Positions 1 to 10,876 of a stretch of DNA of 64,000 bases are shown here, piece by piece. Both the position numbers and the translations under genes were made by a program. Origin of the DNA: a virus (taxonomy: Duplodnaviria; Caudoviricetes). Numbering within the stretch: the first letter of the stretch is position 1; every line of letters starts with the position of its first letter. The notes under the pieces were generated by a model that saw only the letters and a list, made by a program, of their open reading frames with translations, made no database searches and was not told where the DNA came from. Location: IMG/VR virus record IMGVR_UViG_3300002026_000124, positions 1 through 64,000 of that record, one strand, 5' to 3'.

Positions 1-1
1 T

Positions 2-3000
2 ACTCAATATAAAGAAGAGGTTAATGATAATAATAAAGAACTTACCCTAATTGATAACATTGGTATATATAGTAATAATTTAAAGGAAATTCCAACCGAT
101 GGTTTAAATGAAAATATAAGCCAGAGATTAGTCATTGCATTTCAAATTGGAAATGAACTAATTAGTCTAGACCAATTTATCGAAATTTCGGGTAATGATA
201 GAAGTACATTTTTAAAAAATAATGTACTTGGAAAATATAGAGCAGAAATATTAGGTAGATTTAAAAGTAGTTTAGGGGGTTTTATTGGAGATGTAGACAT
301 ACCTGAGCCTAAAGAAATGTTCAATAAGCAAGAATTTAAATCTGTTGCTCCAAAAGTTGGTAATGCATATATAGTCCTTGATATAACTAATGCCTATATT
401 AAACTTTATAAACGTAGAACGGCTTTACAGGCATCAAAAACAAATGAGCTTTCTGCAGTTAATGAAGTAATTAATGATATGGTAGTTACAAATCTTGGTA
501 TGAAACCAACGATTTATAATATATTTAAAATAATTTTACATGATGTTGATGTATTTTTTAATAAATTAAGAAGTGTATCGTATGATGCTGAATCTAGACA
601 TCACCCATTATATTATAACCAAATTGTTAAAAATCCAAATTTTCAAGATGCTAAAAAGAATGATAAAGAAATATTTGCATTCCCATTAGTAATTAAAGAG
701 GAAAGGGTGTGTGACCAAGTAAAACAAACTAGAGGTTTACCATTATTCGAAATTACTGAACAATTTCCGGAATTAACTTTAGTTGAAGATTTTATTGAGA
801 CGTTTATAACCCAAGAAAAAATAACTGCATTATATAATTTAAAGGCAGAACAAAATGGGGATGGGTCATTTAAGTGGATACCAATATCGCCAGTTGATTC
901 AAGACTTGCAAATGATAGCACATTAACACCATATTTTGGTGTCGACAATACTAATGGTGGTTCTGCCGGACAGCCAATTAATTTAAGTACCAATCCTTTA
1001 TTAACTGAAGTTTTTGAAAGATTATTAAGAAGGTACTATATATTATCACAAAATGCATTTGGACTCACATTTTATAATAACAATAAAACTAATTTAGAAT
1101 TAGTAAAATTATATGGTAGCTCCGAAGCGGTAAACTTAGCTGCATCAATTACAAATTTAGATTATACTAATCTTTTAGAAAATGCTTCTAAAGAATATGG
1201 TACAAAAAGGAATGTGAATGCATTTTATGATTATTTAAATAAATATGTAGGTGCGTTATATACCGGTAATACCGAAACATTTCATAAAATACTTGGCGGT
1301 AATGATTTATATACAAATAAAAGTGACGGAAATTATGATGGGTTAAAGGTATATTATACAGATGATATTGTTACTAGAGTTAGTGCTGCCGATTCAAGTA
1401 ATCCGGTAGATAAATTTTTAGATACTTTACCAAAAAGTGCCTATTGGGAAAGATTTATGGGTGGAAACGTTGATACGGCAGACATGTATAAATTTACCCA
1501 AGAAAATGTTTTCTATATTAAAGATGAAAATACTGCTGGCGATTCGAATTTTGGAAACGTAAACGTAAATACTAGATTTTTAGTATCTCCAAATAATATA
1601 TATACCCCTGCTGATAATTCATCAATACTACATTTTACAATACCAAATAATGTTGTTAGTTATGCTGGGTCTGCTAGTGGTGCAGGTAATATTACTAGTA
1701 CTGAAGTAAATAAGGATTTAGTAATTAGTAACGCATCAAAATTTGGAAATAATGGCATTAAAAATAGTGGCGTTCAATTTGCAATGATGGATTATGAATC
1801 AATTAATGTTAGTAAAAGTATTGTTGGGATTTGGGCAGACCAATTAACTAAATATGACACTGAAATATATTCTAGTATTAGTACACCGTCAAAATTTAGT
1901 GCATTAATGTTTTTGTCTAATCTTGGTTATTCTATAAGTCCTTTCAGTTACTATCCAAACAATTTAATTGATGTTGTGTTTAAAACACCTGCAGTGGTTG
2001 AAGTACCAAAATTTTTGCCACAATATATGGGTGGTTTGGTTGGTATAAATGATGGAGACGATTTATATAATCAAATTTATGATTTCTTTAATGGTGGTGC
2101 AGGGAGAAATATTGAAAATTCTGGAATTTTTATTCTTGCAGATATATATGATATTAATAATAATTTGGCTTCAAAAGATAAGGATGAATTACAAAATTCC
2201 TTTAATATATTTTTTGGGGATGGCGGTGGAGAATTTACTGTGTATGGCGGTATCTTAGACATGTTTAAAAATTTATATGCTGAGGCACAAGCTAAAATTG
2301 CCGATGTACCTGAAGATAAAAAAGGGGAAGTTAAGGGAAAATTTTATTATGAAAATCTAGGACCAAATGGAACTTATTTTCAAACCATAATACTTCCACT
2401 AATTGACAGAATTAACTTAATAAATTTCAGTCAGTATACTTTTAGTAATACCAAACCTACTCCGGCAACATATACTTCATTACTAACTCAAAATGCTAAT
2501 AATGAGAAAAAGGACATCAATAATTTATTTTTCGAAACCTTTTTCACTAGATTAGCAACAGAAATTAATTTAAAGAAGCAGAAATTAGCTAATGAAGAAA
2601 AGGAATCTAAAAAATTAATGAATGACGAAGATATTATGACAGAATTATATTATTCGTTTAAAAATATTAATGATAAATGGGTTTCTTCGCCACAAAGTGG
2701 AAATTTAAATATGGGTTATCCGTTTAATACTAAAAGTAAAATTATTAGTAACACTGAAAATAGCGATAGTGGAGAATATGCATTAATAAATTCCTTTGCC
2801 TTTGTTGATAGGGCAATGAATCCAATTGGTGACACTATAATCAATCCGGAAGTACTAGTGGATTTACTTGAAGACCCAAATGCAACAGTGTTTACGGTTT
2901 TAACACAATTACTATCTATTAATGGATTTGAATTTTTTCCATTGCAAAATTTTATGAATTTTAGTATACCAAATGAATGGAAAGAATCATTTATTGTTGA

Positions 3001-3763
3001 TGCTAGCGGCATTTTAACCGGACAAACATCGTCATTTGTATGTATGTATATCGGTGGTAGTTCTAGCTATCCTTCGGGCATCGATAAATATTTGGGTGGT
3101 CAATTTAAGGATGATGGTATTCTTGATATAAGTAATCCTGGGACACAAGATTTCTTTTTTAATGGTGATTGTGGTAGTGTTCCTACAGATGATAACCAAA
3201 CTGCAACGAATACAAGTTTTCCGTATCGACAAGTAAGAGCATTCAGAGTTAGATTTGGTGAACAAAACCAATCTATGTTTTCCGGAATTAAAATTGATAG
3301 TAAGGAATATCCTGAAACCAATGAAAGTATTCAGATTTTATCTAGATTAGCGGGAGATAATAAAAAGAATGCCCCACCACCTAAAGGACAAAACTTATAT
3401 AATTTATATGAGAACCGTGCCTATAAAGCAACTGTAACTGGATTGGGTAATGCGATGATTCAGCCAACACAATATTTTCAAGTAGAAAATATCCCTATAT
3501 ATAATGGTGCGTATTTAATTTTAAATGTTGAACACCAAATCGACCCGAATAAAATGATAACTAGTTTTAGTGGTACTAAAATATTAAAATTTCCAATTCC
3601 TAGAGTATTGGAATCATCAGCAATTGTCGGATTTAATGGTGGAAATACAGATAACACAAGTTCTACTGCATCATCGGCATCTAGCGTTACTGCGGGTGTG
3701 GGTACTGCGGGTAATTTAGAACAATCGAAATATAACTCAATGTACGAATTTAAAATACAATAA
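2..3763 (+). CDS. Large baseplate hub / late-control-D (gp27/VgrG-like) structural protein, 5'-partial
   Basis: Frame is open from position 2 through the track start at 317, so the gene begins upstream of the window. C-terminal motif GNAMIQPTQYFQVENIPIYNGAYLILNVEHQ resembles phage hub proteins; lies just upstream of a cell-wall hydrolase. Confidence 0.55.
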   Translation, partial: TQYKEEVNDNNKELTLIDNIGIYSNNLKEIPTDGLNENISQRLVIAFQIGNELISLDQFIEISGNDRSTFLKNNVLGKYRAEILGRFKSSLGGFIGDVDIPEPKEMFNKQEFKSVAPKVGNAYIVLDITNAYIKLYKRRTALQASKTNELSAVNEVINDMVVTNLGMKPTIYNIFKIILHDVDVFFNKLRSVSYDAESRHHPLYYNQIVKNPNFQDAKKNDKEIFAFPLVIKEERVCDQVKQTRGLPLFEITEQFPELTLVEDFIETFITQEKITALYNLKAEQNGDGSFKWIPISPVDSRLANDSTLTPYFGVDNTNGGSAGQPINLSTNPLLTEVFERLLRRYYILSQNAFGLTFYNNNKTNLELVKLYGSSEAVNLAASITNLDYTNLLENASKEYGTKRNVNAFYDYLNKYVGALYTGNTETFHKILGGNDLYTNKSDGNYDGLKVYYTDDIVTRVSAADSSNPVDKFLDTLPKSAYWERFMGGNVDTADMYKFTQENVFYIKDENTAGDSNFGNVNVNTRFLVSPNNIYTPADNSSILHFTIPNNVVSYAGSASGAGNITSTEVNKDLVISNASKFGNNGIKNSGVQFAMMDYESINVSKSIVGIWADQLTKYDTEIYSSISTPSKFSALMFLSNLGYSISPFSYYPNNLIDVVFKTPAVVEVPKFLPQYMGGLVGINDGDDLYNQIYDFFNGGAGRNIENSGIFILADIYDINNNLASKDKDELQNSFNIFFGDGGGEFTVYGGILDMFKNLYAEAQAKIADVPEDKKGEVKGKFYYENLGPNGTYFQTIILPLIDRINLINFSQYTFSNTKPTPATYTSLLTQNANNEKKDINNLFFETFFTRLATEINLKKQKLANEEKESKKLMNDEDIMTELYYSFKNINDKWVSSPQSGNLNMGYPFNTKSKIISNTENSDSGEYALINSFAFVDRAMNPIGDTIINPEVLVDLLEDPNATVFTVLTQLLSINGFEFFPLQNFMNFSIPNEWKESFIVDASGILTGQTSSFVCMYIGGSSSYPSGIDKYLGGQFKDDGILDISNPGTQDFFFNGDCGSVPTDDNQTATNTSFPYRQVRAFRVRFGEQNQSMFSGIKIDSKEYPETNESIQILSRLAGDNKKNAPPPKGQNLYNLYENRAYKATVTGLGNAMIQPTQYFQVENIPIYNGAYLILNVEHQIDPNKMITSFSGTKILKFPIPRVLESSAIVGFNGGNTDNTSSTASSASSVTAGVGTAGNLEQSKYNSMYEFKIQ

Positions 3764-3764
3764 T

Positions 3765-5525
3765 ATGTTTAGTGCAATAACGGAAGATGGTGTAAATTTT
3801 ATTAAATTCATTTGTATCAAAGGCATGAAACCAGATAGGAATGGTAATACATTACTTTCAGGAATAAAAACTGAAGGTTTACCATATACTGGTCCACCAC
3901 AAATTAAAAAAAGGTGGGAATGTAATATAATGTATAATGGTGCTAGAATAACTACTGGAGAAGTATTAGCTGAAGCATTGGTTGTGTGGTTTAATAAATA
4001 TGCTGCCCAATATCAATTAGATGCAAACGTAATTGCAGCTCAAGCATACGCTGAATCGCATTATATTATGTGGAATTATGCTGGTGGCGATAGTACTGCA
4101 TCCGGAGTAAGTCAATTTACAATGCTTACCATTTTCGGAATTATTATTGATAATGCAGGTAATTCCGATAAGATGACAAGTGAAGAAATTGGTAAAATCA
4201 CCAACGGCTTACCTTTTCCAAATGGTAAAAATTCATATATGGTTAAAAGTGACACATATCAAAATGCGTGGGCAAATAGAGAACAATTACATCAAAATGT
4301 AATTAATAATCCAGATGTAATGATTAAAGCACAATGTAGATATATGAAAAACATTGCAAATTCTTGCGACTCACTTACAAGCAGTACTTTATTTTGTTAT
4401 AGTAGGGGACCAGCATATGCTAGGGACACATATAGTAAATCAATGCAAGCATGTATTGATGGCACTAAATCAAAACCGACATATATTGATGAGGGTTTAA
4501 CCTATGTTTTACGAATTTTTGGTATACTTGGTGATAAAGATAATTATCTCGAAAGTAAAGGGGCGGGCGCATACAAACCAAAAGGTTATTATTTTGGATA
4601 CGATGAAAAATTATATCCAGATGTAAACAATGCTCCAAACCCAAAAAATTTAAGAATGAAGGAAGGTGTTGTGTTTAATGCATTTAAAGCAAATGTAACC
4701 GAATCAGATAATTATAATTTAGATAAATCGTATGGTACTGATTCGGTAGTTGAGACACTATCAAAAAATATAAATTATAAATTCATTTATTATCCGGAAC
4801 AAGACTATAAACACGAAGTTACTAATAAAACACAAATTGTACTTCATCATACTGTTAGTGGTGATAATATTGCAGGGGACATATTATGGTGGGAAAATCA
4901 AGTGGCTAAAACTGGAGATAAAGTTGGAACAGCATTCATAGTTGGAAGACGTGGAGAAATATTCCAATTATTTTCAACGGATTATTGGGCATATCATCTA
5001 GGAATTTCAGAAAAAATAATTGCGGATAATCAACTTTCCGGAAGTGCAAACCGCATATTAAATGAGGGTTCTGTTGGTATTGAAATTGATTCTTGGGGTG
5101 GCTTAATTCAATCTGGGGGTAATTGGTATCCGGCAACAAGTGATGATTATCATAAACAGCAATATGTTGCGAATACAAAAGTTAAACCCATAGAAAATGT
5201 CATTGAATATAATAGTAGTAATGGTTACCCTAATGGATTTCATGGATTTTACGGATTTGAAAAATATACTAACGACCAAATTCTTGCAGTTAAAGAAATA
5301 ATTCAAGCGGTTAGAAATAAATTTAGTAATCCTACTACTAAAACCTCTAGTATTCCGGGAACATATAATAGTGATATGTGGGGTATTGATAATGGTGGGG
5401 TTTGGAAACCAATTCAAGCTGCGTTAGATGGGAAAGCTGGAATTTGGACACATGTGAGTTATCGTTATGATAAATCTGATTGTCACCCACAACCAGAATT
5501 AATAAATATGTTAAAAACTCTATAA
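3765..5525 (+). CDS. Two-domain peptidoglycan hydrolase (N-terminal lytic transglycosylase-like, C-terminal Amidase_2)
   Basis: AAQAYAES...SGVSQF lysozyme-fold motif; IVLHHT, AYHLG, SVGIEI and THVSY...DKSDCHP zinc-amidase motifs. Confidence 0.8.
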   Translation: MFSAITEDGVNFIKFICIKGMKPDRNGNTLLSGIKTEGLPYTGPPQIKKRWECNIMYNGARITTGEVLAEALVVWFNKYAAQYQLDANVIAAQAYAESHYIMWNYAGGDSTASGVSQFTMLTIFGIIIDNAGNSDKMTSEEIGKITNGLPFPNGKNSYMVKSDTYQNAWANREQLHQNVINNPDVMIKAQCRYMKNIANSCDSLTSSTLFCYSRGPAYARDTYSKSMQACIDGTKSKPTYIDEGLTYVLRIFGILGDKDNYLESKGAGAYKPKGYYFGYDEKLYPDVNNAPNPKNLRMKEGVVFNAFKANVTESDNYNLDKSYGTDSVVETLSKNINYKFIYYPEQDYKHEVTNKTQIVLHHTVSGDNIAGDILWWENQVAKTGDKVGTAFIVGRRGEIFQLFSTDYWAYHLGISEKIIADNQLSGSANRILNEGSVGIEIDSWGGLIQSGGNWYPATSDDYHKQQYVANTKVKPIENVIEYNSSNGYPNGFHGFYGFEKYTNDQILAVKEIIQAVRNKFSNPTTKTSSIPGTYNSDMWGIDNGGVWKPIQAALDGKAGIWTHVSYRYDKSDCHPQPELINMLKTL

Positions 5526-5528
5526 TAA

Positions 5529-5553
5529 AAAAGGCATCAATTTGATGCCTTTT
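5529..5553. terminator. Bidirectional intrinsic terminator
   Basis: aaaaggcatca/tgatgcctttt inverted repeat between convergent genes. Confidence 0.8.
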
Positions 5554-5557
5554 CTGT

Positions 5558-6352
5558 TTAAAGTAATTCTTTCTTAAAATAATGTAGATTAATTATGTCA
5601 TCGTTGACGGTTTTCGGATTATAAATCATTTCACGAATTTTTTGCATTGCCTTCTGTACTTTATCTTCACTTCCATCTTTTTCTGCACTTTCCAATATTC
5701 TCAAACTTTCACTTTTATATTCTTCAAGTAGTTCTTGTTTTTCGCTAGTATTTGATTTTATAAGTAATTTTAACAGATTCTTATCACCTTCATTAAGGTC
5801 ATCATATTTTTCATTAAATTTATTAATTGCTATTTGAACAACATCGTCATTTACCAATTTTAATTCAGATTCAACAATTTGTTTTTTCTCTTTCGGCTTT
5901 TTTATGTAGTTTAGAACGGTTGTAAATGATTCATGAATGCTATCAACATCAATTTTATCATAATCGCTTAATGATTCTGTAATTAAATCATCAATTGCAT
6001 TATATAAATTAACTTTATCTAAATTATAATCTGTGTTTTGGGGAATTGCTTCCTCCATAATGAAATTCTTTAACTTTTCACGTTCAGCATCTATTTCACC
6101 AATTGTATATACCTCAAACAACTTAATGTTATTGTCGATATAACGTGTCGCACTTAAGTCATTTTCAATGTGTTTATTCTCAATATTATTAAATATTTTG
6201 AACTCCAATTGTAATATTGGAGAATTCTTAACAACATTGAAAAAATCGGTTGTTAATTTTTTTGATTCTTCAAGTAAATTATTATTAAAATAAGATTCTT
6301 TTAATTTATTTGAAACTATCAAATTAACAATACCTATGTTTACATTTTTCAT
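5558..6352 (-). CDS. Hypothetical helical protein downstream of the portal
   Basis: 264-aa ORF with upstream GTATTTAT motif; head-module context. Confidence 0.6.
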   Translation of the reverse strand: MKNVNIGIVNLIVSNKLKESYFNNNLLEESKKLTTDFFNVVKNSPILQLEFKIFNNIENKHIENDLSATRYIDNNIKLFEVYTIGEIDAEREKLKNFIMEEAIPQNTDYNLDKVNLYNAIDDLITESLSDYDKIDVDSIHESFTTVLNYIKKPKEKKQIVESELKLVNDDVVQIAINKFNEKYDDLNEGDKNLLKLLIKSNTSEKQELLEEYKSESLRILESAEKDGSEDKVQKAMQKIREMIYNPKTVNDDIINLHYFKKELL

Positions 6353-6424
6353 ATGATTTAATTCGATTTATTATAAATACTATTAGTTATTATAAACGGT
6401 TATTTTATTTTACTTAAATTATTA

Positions 6425-8467
6425 CTATACCTCCAAATCTCCAATGTCGTTAATTTCAACATCTTCTGAATCAATTATTTTCTGTTCGCCATTAAGACTT
6501 ATATTTTTTTTAAGTAAATTATCAATTTCATTAATCATATTTTCAGCGTCTCGATTTAATTTATCATTAATTTTATTATTCTCGCTAATAATTTTTTTAT
6601 TTTTACTTTCTTTTTTTCTTTCAGGTTCAATGCTACTATTATAAACCAATTTTTCGATTTGTTTATTATAGTCATCTTCACTCAAAACCCTTCTACTCCT
6701 AACACTATCACCCACAACAGGTGGTAAATCACTTGGTGACTGATTAGGTAAGCCGCTCGTTTCAGGACCACCCATTGGTGGAGCACCGCCACCTGCAGGC
6801 GGCATACCACCCGCTTCAGGACCGCCCATTGGTGGAGCACCCATACCACCGCCCGCAGGTGGCATACCACCTTGTTCAGTTCCACCGCTTGCACCGCCCG
6901 CAGGCATTCCTTCAATTGGTTCACCATATCTCTTATCAATATCGGCAAATAAACCAGATTTCTTAATAACAACTGGAGAATCTTGAAGTTCTTGTTGTAT
7001 AACCTTTTCCATTTTCTGTTGTTTAAGGTCTTCAACAATTTCCCTATCACTCATATTGAATATTATACGTTTTGCATTGGTATGTGACATTGCTGCGATA
7101 CCACCTTCATTACGTGTTAATTCTGTGTATGTTTGTGCCTTATCACGCATCAATTCAGATTTCAATAAATCTTGTTGTGTGCTTGGATTTGTAAGGGTAA
7201 GTGTAAAATCTTTAATATCGTCTCCAGAATAACCCAATAGGTACAGATGAATCATTCCCATTTTATTGAGTTCCTGAATTATGGCTTGTTGAATACGACT
7301 AATTTTCTTTGCGAAACGAATATCGTATTGTGCCATATTTTTTCCCGCACCTGCAGCATCTTGGAAACTTAAAAATGGTTTAGGAACACCTAATCCAACA
7401 AATAAATTATCACGTAGATATTCAATGTCCTGTATTTGGTCAAGGTTTGATGCACCCGGAAGTGTTTCAATACCAGTTTGGGTATTTGCGTTTCTTACAG
7501 GTAAGAAATAATCTTCATCGTTACCTAAAATGTTAAATCTATAATCAATTTGTCCGTCATTTGGTGCAACTTGTGCAATTTTTTTAAATTTTGTAGCTAC
7601 TTTGTAGATATAATTTTCAATATCATCTTCATCGATGTTTCCAACATCAATTTTAAATACTTTTTTCTCTCCTGCACGTATGATACGATAAGTTAACATA
7701 GCATCTTCAGCCATAACTAGCTGTCTAAATACTCTACGTACTTTATTAAGTACTGATGAACCATATGGCAAGTACTTATCGTCACCAAGCAATCTAAAAT
7801 GGGCAATTTCAAATACGTTGAATTCATCACCCGTCATTCGTTCTCTAAATTTTACAAATGGTTTCCCATTTTGGATTCTTTCAAATCTTTCAATTTCATA
7901 ATTAACGAGTTGTTTTACGTGAGTGATTCCCTTTTTTCTTTCTCCGTATAATAATACAAAATTATCACCGTATTTAACAGTATTTCTTACCCAAAATGGT
8001 AAGTTAACATTCACGTTAACAATATCATAAAAGAATTCTTCGAGTATAGTCTTGATACGTTCTTTATTTGAATAAATATTTAACATTTTACCATTAAAGC
8101 CAATGGTTGTAGCTTCTTCCATAAATAAATCTAATGCACTACTGATAATTGGATAATATTCCATACCCTCATAATCAATATATGCTGGAAGTCTAGCAGC
8201 TTCATATTGTAATGCTTTCTGAAATCCCCTATCAGTGGTTCTAAAAAATTTATTTTGAAGTTCTCTTTTCTGTTCTAACTCCAAACCTTTCTTATGAATT
8301 TCTTCCGGAGTGTTACCCTTAATAATTACTTTGTTTTCTTTAGATGGGATAGCACTTACAGAAGACTGTAAACTTGGATTTTGTTCATGAAAACCGAAGC
8401 CATCTAAATTAAGAAATTTATTAAGCTGTTGATATATCGTTAATTTATTTTGTTTTTCGTCAGCCAT
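6425..8467 (-). CDS. Portal protein (T4 gp20-like)
   Basis: Motifs YIDYEGME..PIISSALD, AHFRL...PYGSSVL, EDAMLTYRI.RA.E..VFKIDVG, EDYFLP, IETLPG..NL..I.DIEY, LGVPK; Gly/Pro/Met low-complexity C-terminus. Confidence 0.93.
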   Translation of the reverse strand: MADEKQNKLTIYQQLNKFLNLDGFGFHEQNPSLQSSVSAIPSKENKVIIKGNTPEEIHKKGLELEQKRELQNKFFRTTDRGFQKALQYEAARLPAYIDYEGMEYYPIISSALDLFMEEATTIGFNGKMLNIYSNKERIKTILEEFFYDIVNVNVNLPFWVRNTVKYGDNFVLLYGERKKGITHVKQLVNYEIERFERIQNGKPFVKFRERMTGDEFNVFEIAHFRLLGDDKYLPYGSSVLNKVRRVFRQLVMAEDAMLTYRIIRAGEKKVFKIDVGNIDEDDIENYIYKVATKFKKIAQVAPNDGQIDYRFNILGNDEDYFLPVRNANTQTGIETLPGASNLDQIQDIEYLRDNLFVGLGVPKPFLSFQDAAGAGKNMAQYDIRFAKKISRIQQAIIQELNKMGMIHLYLLGYSGDDIKDFTLTLTNPSTQQDLLKSELMRDKAQTYTELTRNEGGIAAMSHTNAKRIIFNMSDREIVEDLKQQKMEKVIQQELQDSPVVIKKSGLFADIDKRYGEPIEGMPAGGASGGTEQGGMPPAGGGMGAPPMGGPEAGGMPPAGGGAPPMGGPETSGLPNQSPSDLPPVVGDSVRSRRVLSEDDYNKQIEKLVYNSSIEPERKKESKNKKIISENNKINDKLNRDAENMINEIDNLLKKNISLNGEQKIIDSEDVEINDIGDLEV

Positions 8468-8541
8468 TTTTTATAATTTATTATAGTTTTTTATAAATAC
8501 TTTAATTTTTTCGAAAAGTTCGATTTAACTATAAATACATT

Positions 8542-10596
8542 CTATCTTTTGTTTTTATCAACGATTCCTGTAAATAACCAAGCATTTGCTTGATATGGAT
8601 TTAATGGTGATACGCTATTTGGCGAAATCATTGGTCTATTTTTAATATCTTGTTTTTGACCAATTTCGTTTATATCGTTTACAGTGAGAAAAGCATTCAT
8701 CATTTTTTCGGTTATGCCTTTATTCTGCTTATATTTCGCCATGTCAAAGTTCAGAACATATAAACCGATTGATAGTCCCATGATAGAATCATCGTGAAAA
8801 CTACGTTTATGGTCAGCCACACGATTTCCAGGTACTGTCACAAAAGTTTTTAATTCGTTTAACAATCTAATTGACCTAATAATTACATCACCAAGATGAA
8901 CTGCTCTTTGCATTTCCAATACAACAGATGGTCGATTATTTCCAATAAAAAATCCGGGAATTAAATCTAGGTTAACAGTTGCTCCATCAGGCATAATTTT
9001 TTGACCCTTCTTAATATAACCTTGTAATCTATCCCTAGATGGTTTATGTGTTACTTCGGCATAATGCATATTTTCGTATCCAATTTCCAACATAGTTTCA
9101 ACAGTTTGAGCACCATGACCACCAGTAATATCGATAATACAATAAGCATTATTATATGATTTACCATATTGATATGCAATTTGTGCAAGTAATTGAGGCG
9201 TTACTTTTCCGTAATATTCAGCAACTTGTTCAACCGTATGTCGTTTTATTTTAACCTTTTTTATTTTATCCCCCTTAGTTATTATCTTTTCTTCAATGGT
9301 TTCGATTGTTTTAAGCATATTGATGGTCGAACTATCTTCACCATGACCCGGAGAAACGTCAATTGCCATAATATAATCCTCTCCAGGTAATGAGTCTTCC
9401 CAAATCCACATGTTCAAATCATTATATTCTTGACGAATAGGTGTTTTAACTTCATTTTCCTGTATTCTTTTAAGATATTCCTCAGCAATAAAGTTATCTC
9501 CAGAACCCAAGAATGAACATAAAAGTTCCTGTGCAATTTTACGCATGTCACCGTTTGCATCCTTAACTTGGTCTTCGAACCAAGGCGAACTCGCTTCCCA
9601 TCCATCATCCATCATTTGGATTCTTCTCACATTGTTCCAATTTTCATCGGGTAATCTAATTTCATTTTCTTTTCCTTTATTCTTTACCCATGATAAACCC
9701 TTATTATATCTAGGGTCATTATACCACCATAATTCAACCGCTTTGAAATTATTTTCATTTCTACGTGCCCCATCGAAATGCTTATAAAATACTGCATCTA
9801 ATCCGGAAGGTGTACTAACCATAATTGCCCCACCACCAGTACCTAAAGTAGGTTTAGCAGCTGTCCAGAATTTATCGCCCTTTTCAGTCCATGCTGTTTC
9901 ATCCCAAAATATTAAAGTTGGTGTCATACCACGAAGACCTTTAGAACTAAAAGCACCTAGTTTAGAATTATTGTCATAAATTTTTAATTTTTGAGTATCT
10001 TTTAAATTTTTCTCATTACTATCCCTACCTGTTTTTGGTCTAAGCCAATCCGGACAACCTTCAATGAATAAAACAACGTCACTCATTAATTCGTCACGTG
10101 CAGTTTCTAGTTTATCCGCAACAATAGCAACCTGACGGTTTTGATTAAACATTATATACCATGCAATATATGCACATGTGGTTGTTGAAATACCTGCCTG
10201 ACGATATTTATTAGCAACTACAAAACGATTATCTAAATATGTTCTAATTAAATCTTTTTGGAAATCAAATAAATGAAAGGGAACAATAAGACCCGCAGTA
10301 CCTTGAGTCTGGTCAAAAATAGTTAAATATGTTTCAATGAAATAAACTGGATTAGTAGCACATTTTACAATTTCGTCTTCCTGTTCTAAAAGTGTTAATT
10401 CACTAGCTTTTTTTGCAATACCATCCTTGGTAACAATAACAGGTTCAATTTTCCCAGTTTTTTTTCTAATTTCTTCCCCTAACTTTCTAATTTTCTCCTT
10501 TTCAGTATCTTTTTGAAAATTATATGGTATTATAGGTACGTGTTCTGGGGAATCGTCCTTTTCTAGTATATTATCTAAATCTACATTAACATTCAT
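8542..10596 (-). CDS. terL: Terminase large subunit (T4 gp17-like)
   Basis: Walker A KYRQAGIST, Walker B LIFWDE, STPSG, QELLCSF, nuclease AIDVS..G.D and HDDSIM; adjacent to the portal. Confidence 0.95.
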   Translation of the reverse strand: MNVNVDLDNILEKDDSPEHVPIIPYNFQKDTEKEKIRKLGEEIRKKTGKIEPVIVTKDGIAKKASELTLLEQEDEIVKCATNPVYFIETYLTIFDQTQGTAGLIVPFHLFDFQKDLIRTYLDNRFVVANKYRQAGISTTTCAYIAWYIMFNQNRQVAIVADKLETARDELMSDVVLFIEGCPDWLRPKTGRDSNEKNLKDTQKLKIYDNNSKLGAFSSKGLRGMTPTLIFWDETAWTEKGDKFWTAAKPTLGTGGGAIMVSTPSGLDAVFYKHFDGARRNENNFKAVELWWYNDPRYNKGLSWVKNKGKENEIRLPDENWNNVRRIQMMDDGWEASSPWFEDQVKDANGDMRKIAQELLCSFLGSGDNFIAEEYLKRIQENEVKTPIRQEYNDLNMWIWEDSLPGEDYIMAIDVSPGHGEDSSTINMLKTIETIEEKIITKGDKIKKVKIKRHTVEQVAEYYGKVTPQLLAQIAYQYGKSYNNAYCIIDITGGHGAQTVETMLEIGYENMHYAEVTHKPSRDRLQGYIKKGQKIMPDGATVNLDLIPGFFIGNNRPSVVLEMQRAVHLGDVIIRSIRLLNELKTFVTVPGNRVADHKRSFHDDSIMGLSIGLYVLNFDMAKYKQNKGITEKMMNAFLTVNDINEIGQKQDIKNRPMISPNSVSPLNPYQANAWLFTGIVDKNKR

Positions 10597-10629
10597 TTTA
10601 TAAATATTTATAATAAATACTTATAAACA

Positions 10630-10865
10630 TAAAATAGCAAAGCACGCTATATTTCTCGACATAGCGTGCTTCGATTTCCTTCACCCAAATGGTGCGATGA
10701 ACTTAAAATGCCAAAGACGCATTTCTACGTCTTCTAAACTGTTTTACCACTTACAATGTTAATATGGGTAATCAGCGTTTTGATATCAACTAAACCGCAA
10801 GGCTTGGCAATAATCCGGTATTGTCAAGCCTCGAAACCTTTTCCTCCGAATAAGGTAGGATAGGC
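10630..10865 (-). ncRNA. Candidate structured RNA upstream of terL
   Basis: ~235 nt without an ORF; own GTATTTAT motif at 10870-10877; several hairpins including a GAAA tetraloop and a terminal 11-bp stem. Confidence 0.5.
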
Positions 10866-10876
10866 AAATATAAATA

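Noticed and set aside
8542-10596. Intein or intron in terL (and nrdJ)
   Set aside because: Motifs are colinear at normal spacing; no intein-like insertion or frame break is seen.
10630-10865. RNase P RNA call
   Set aside because: Only GAGGAAA and a loose P4-like pairing are present; GUCC and the 3' consensus are missing, so it is kept as an unassigned candidate RNA.
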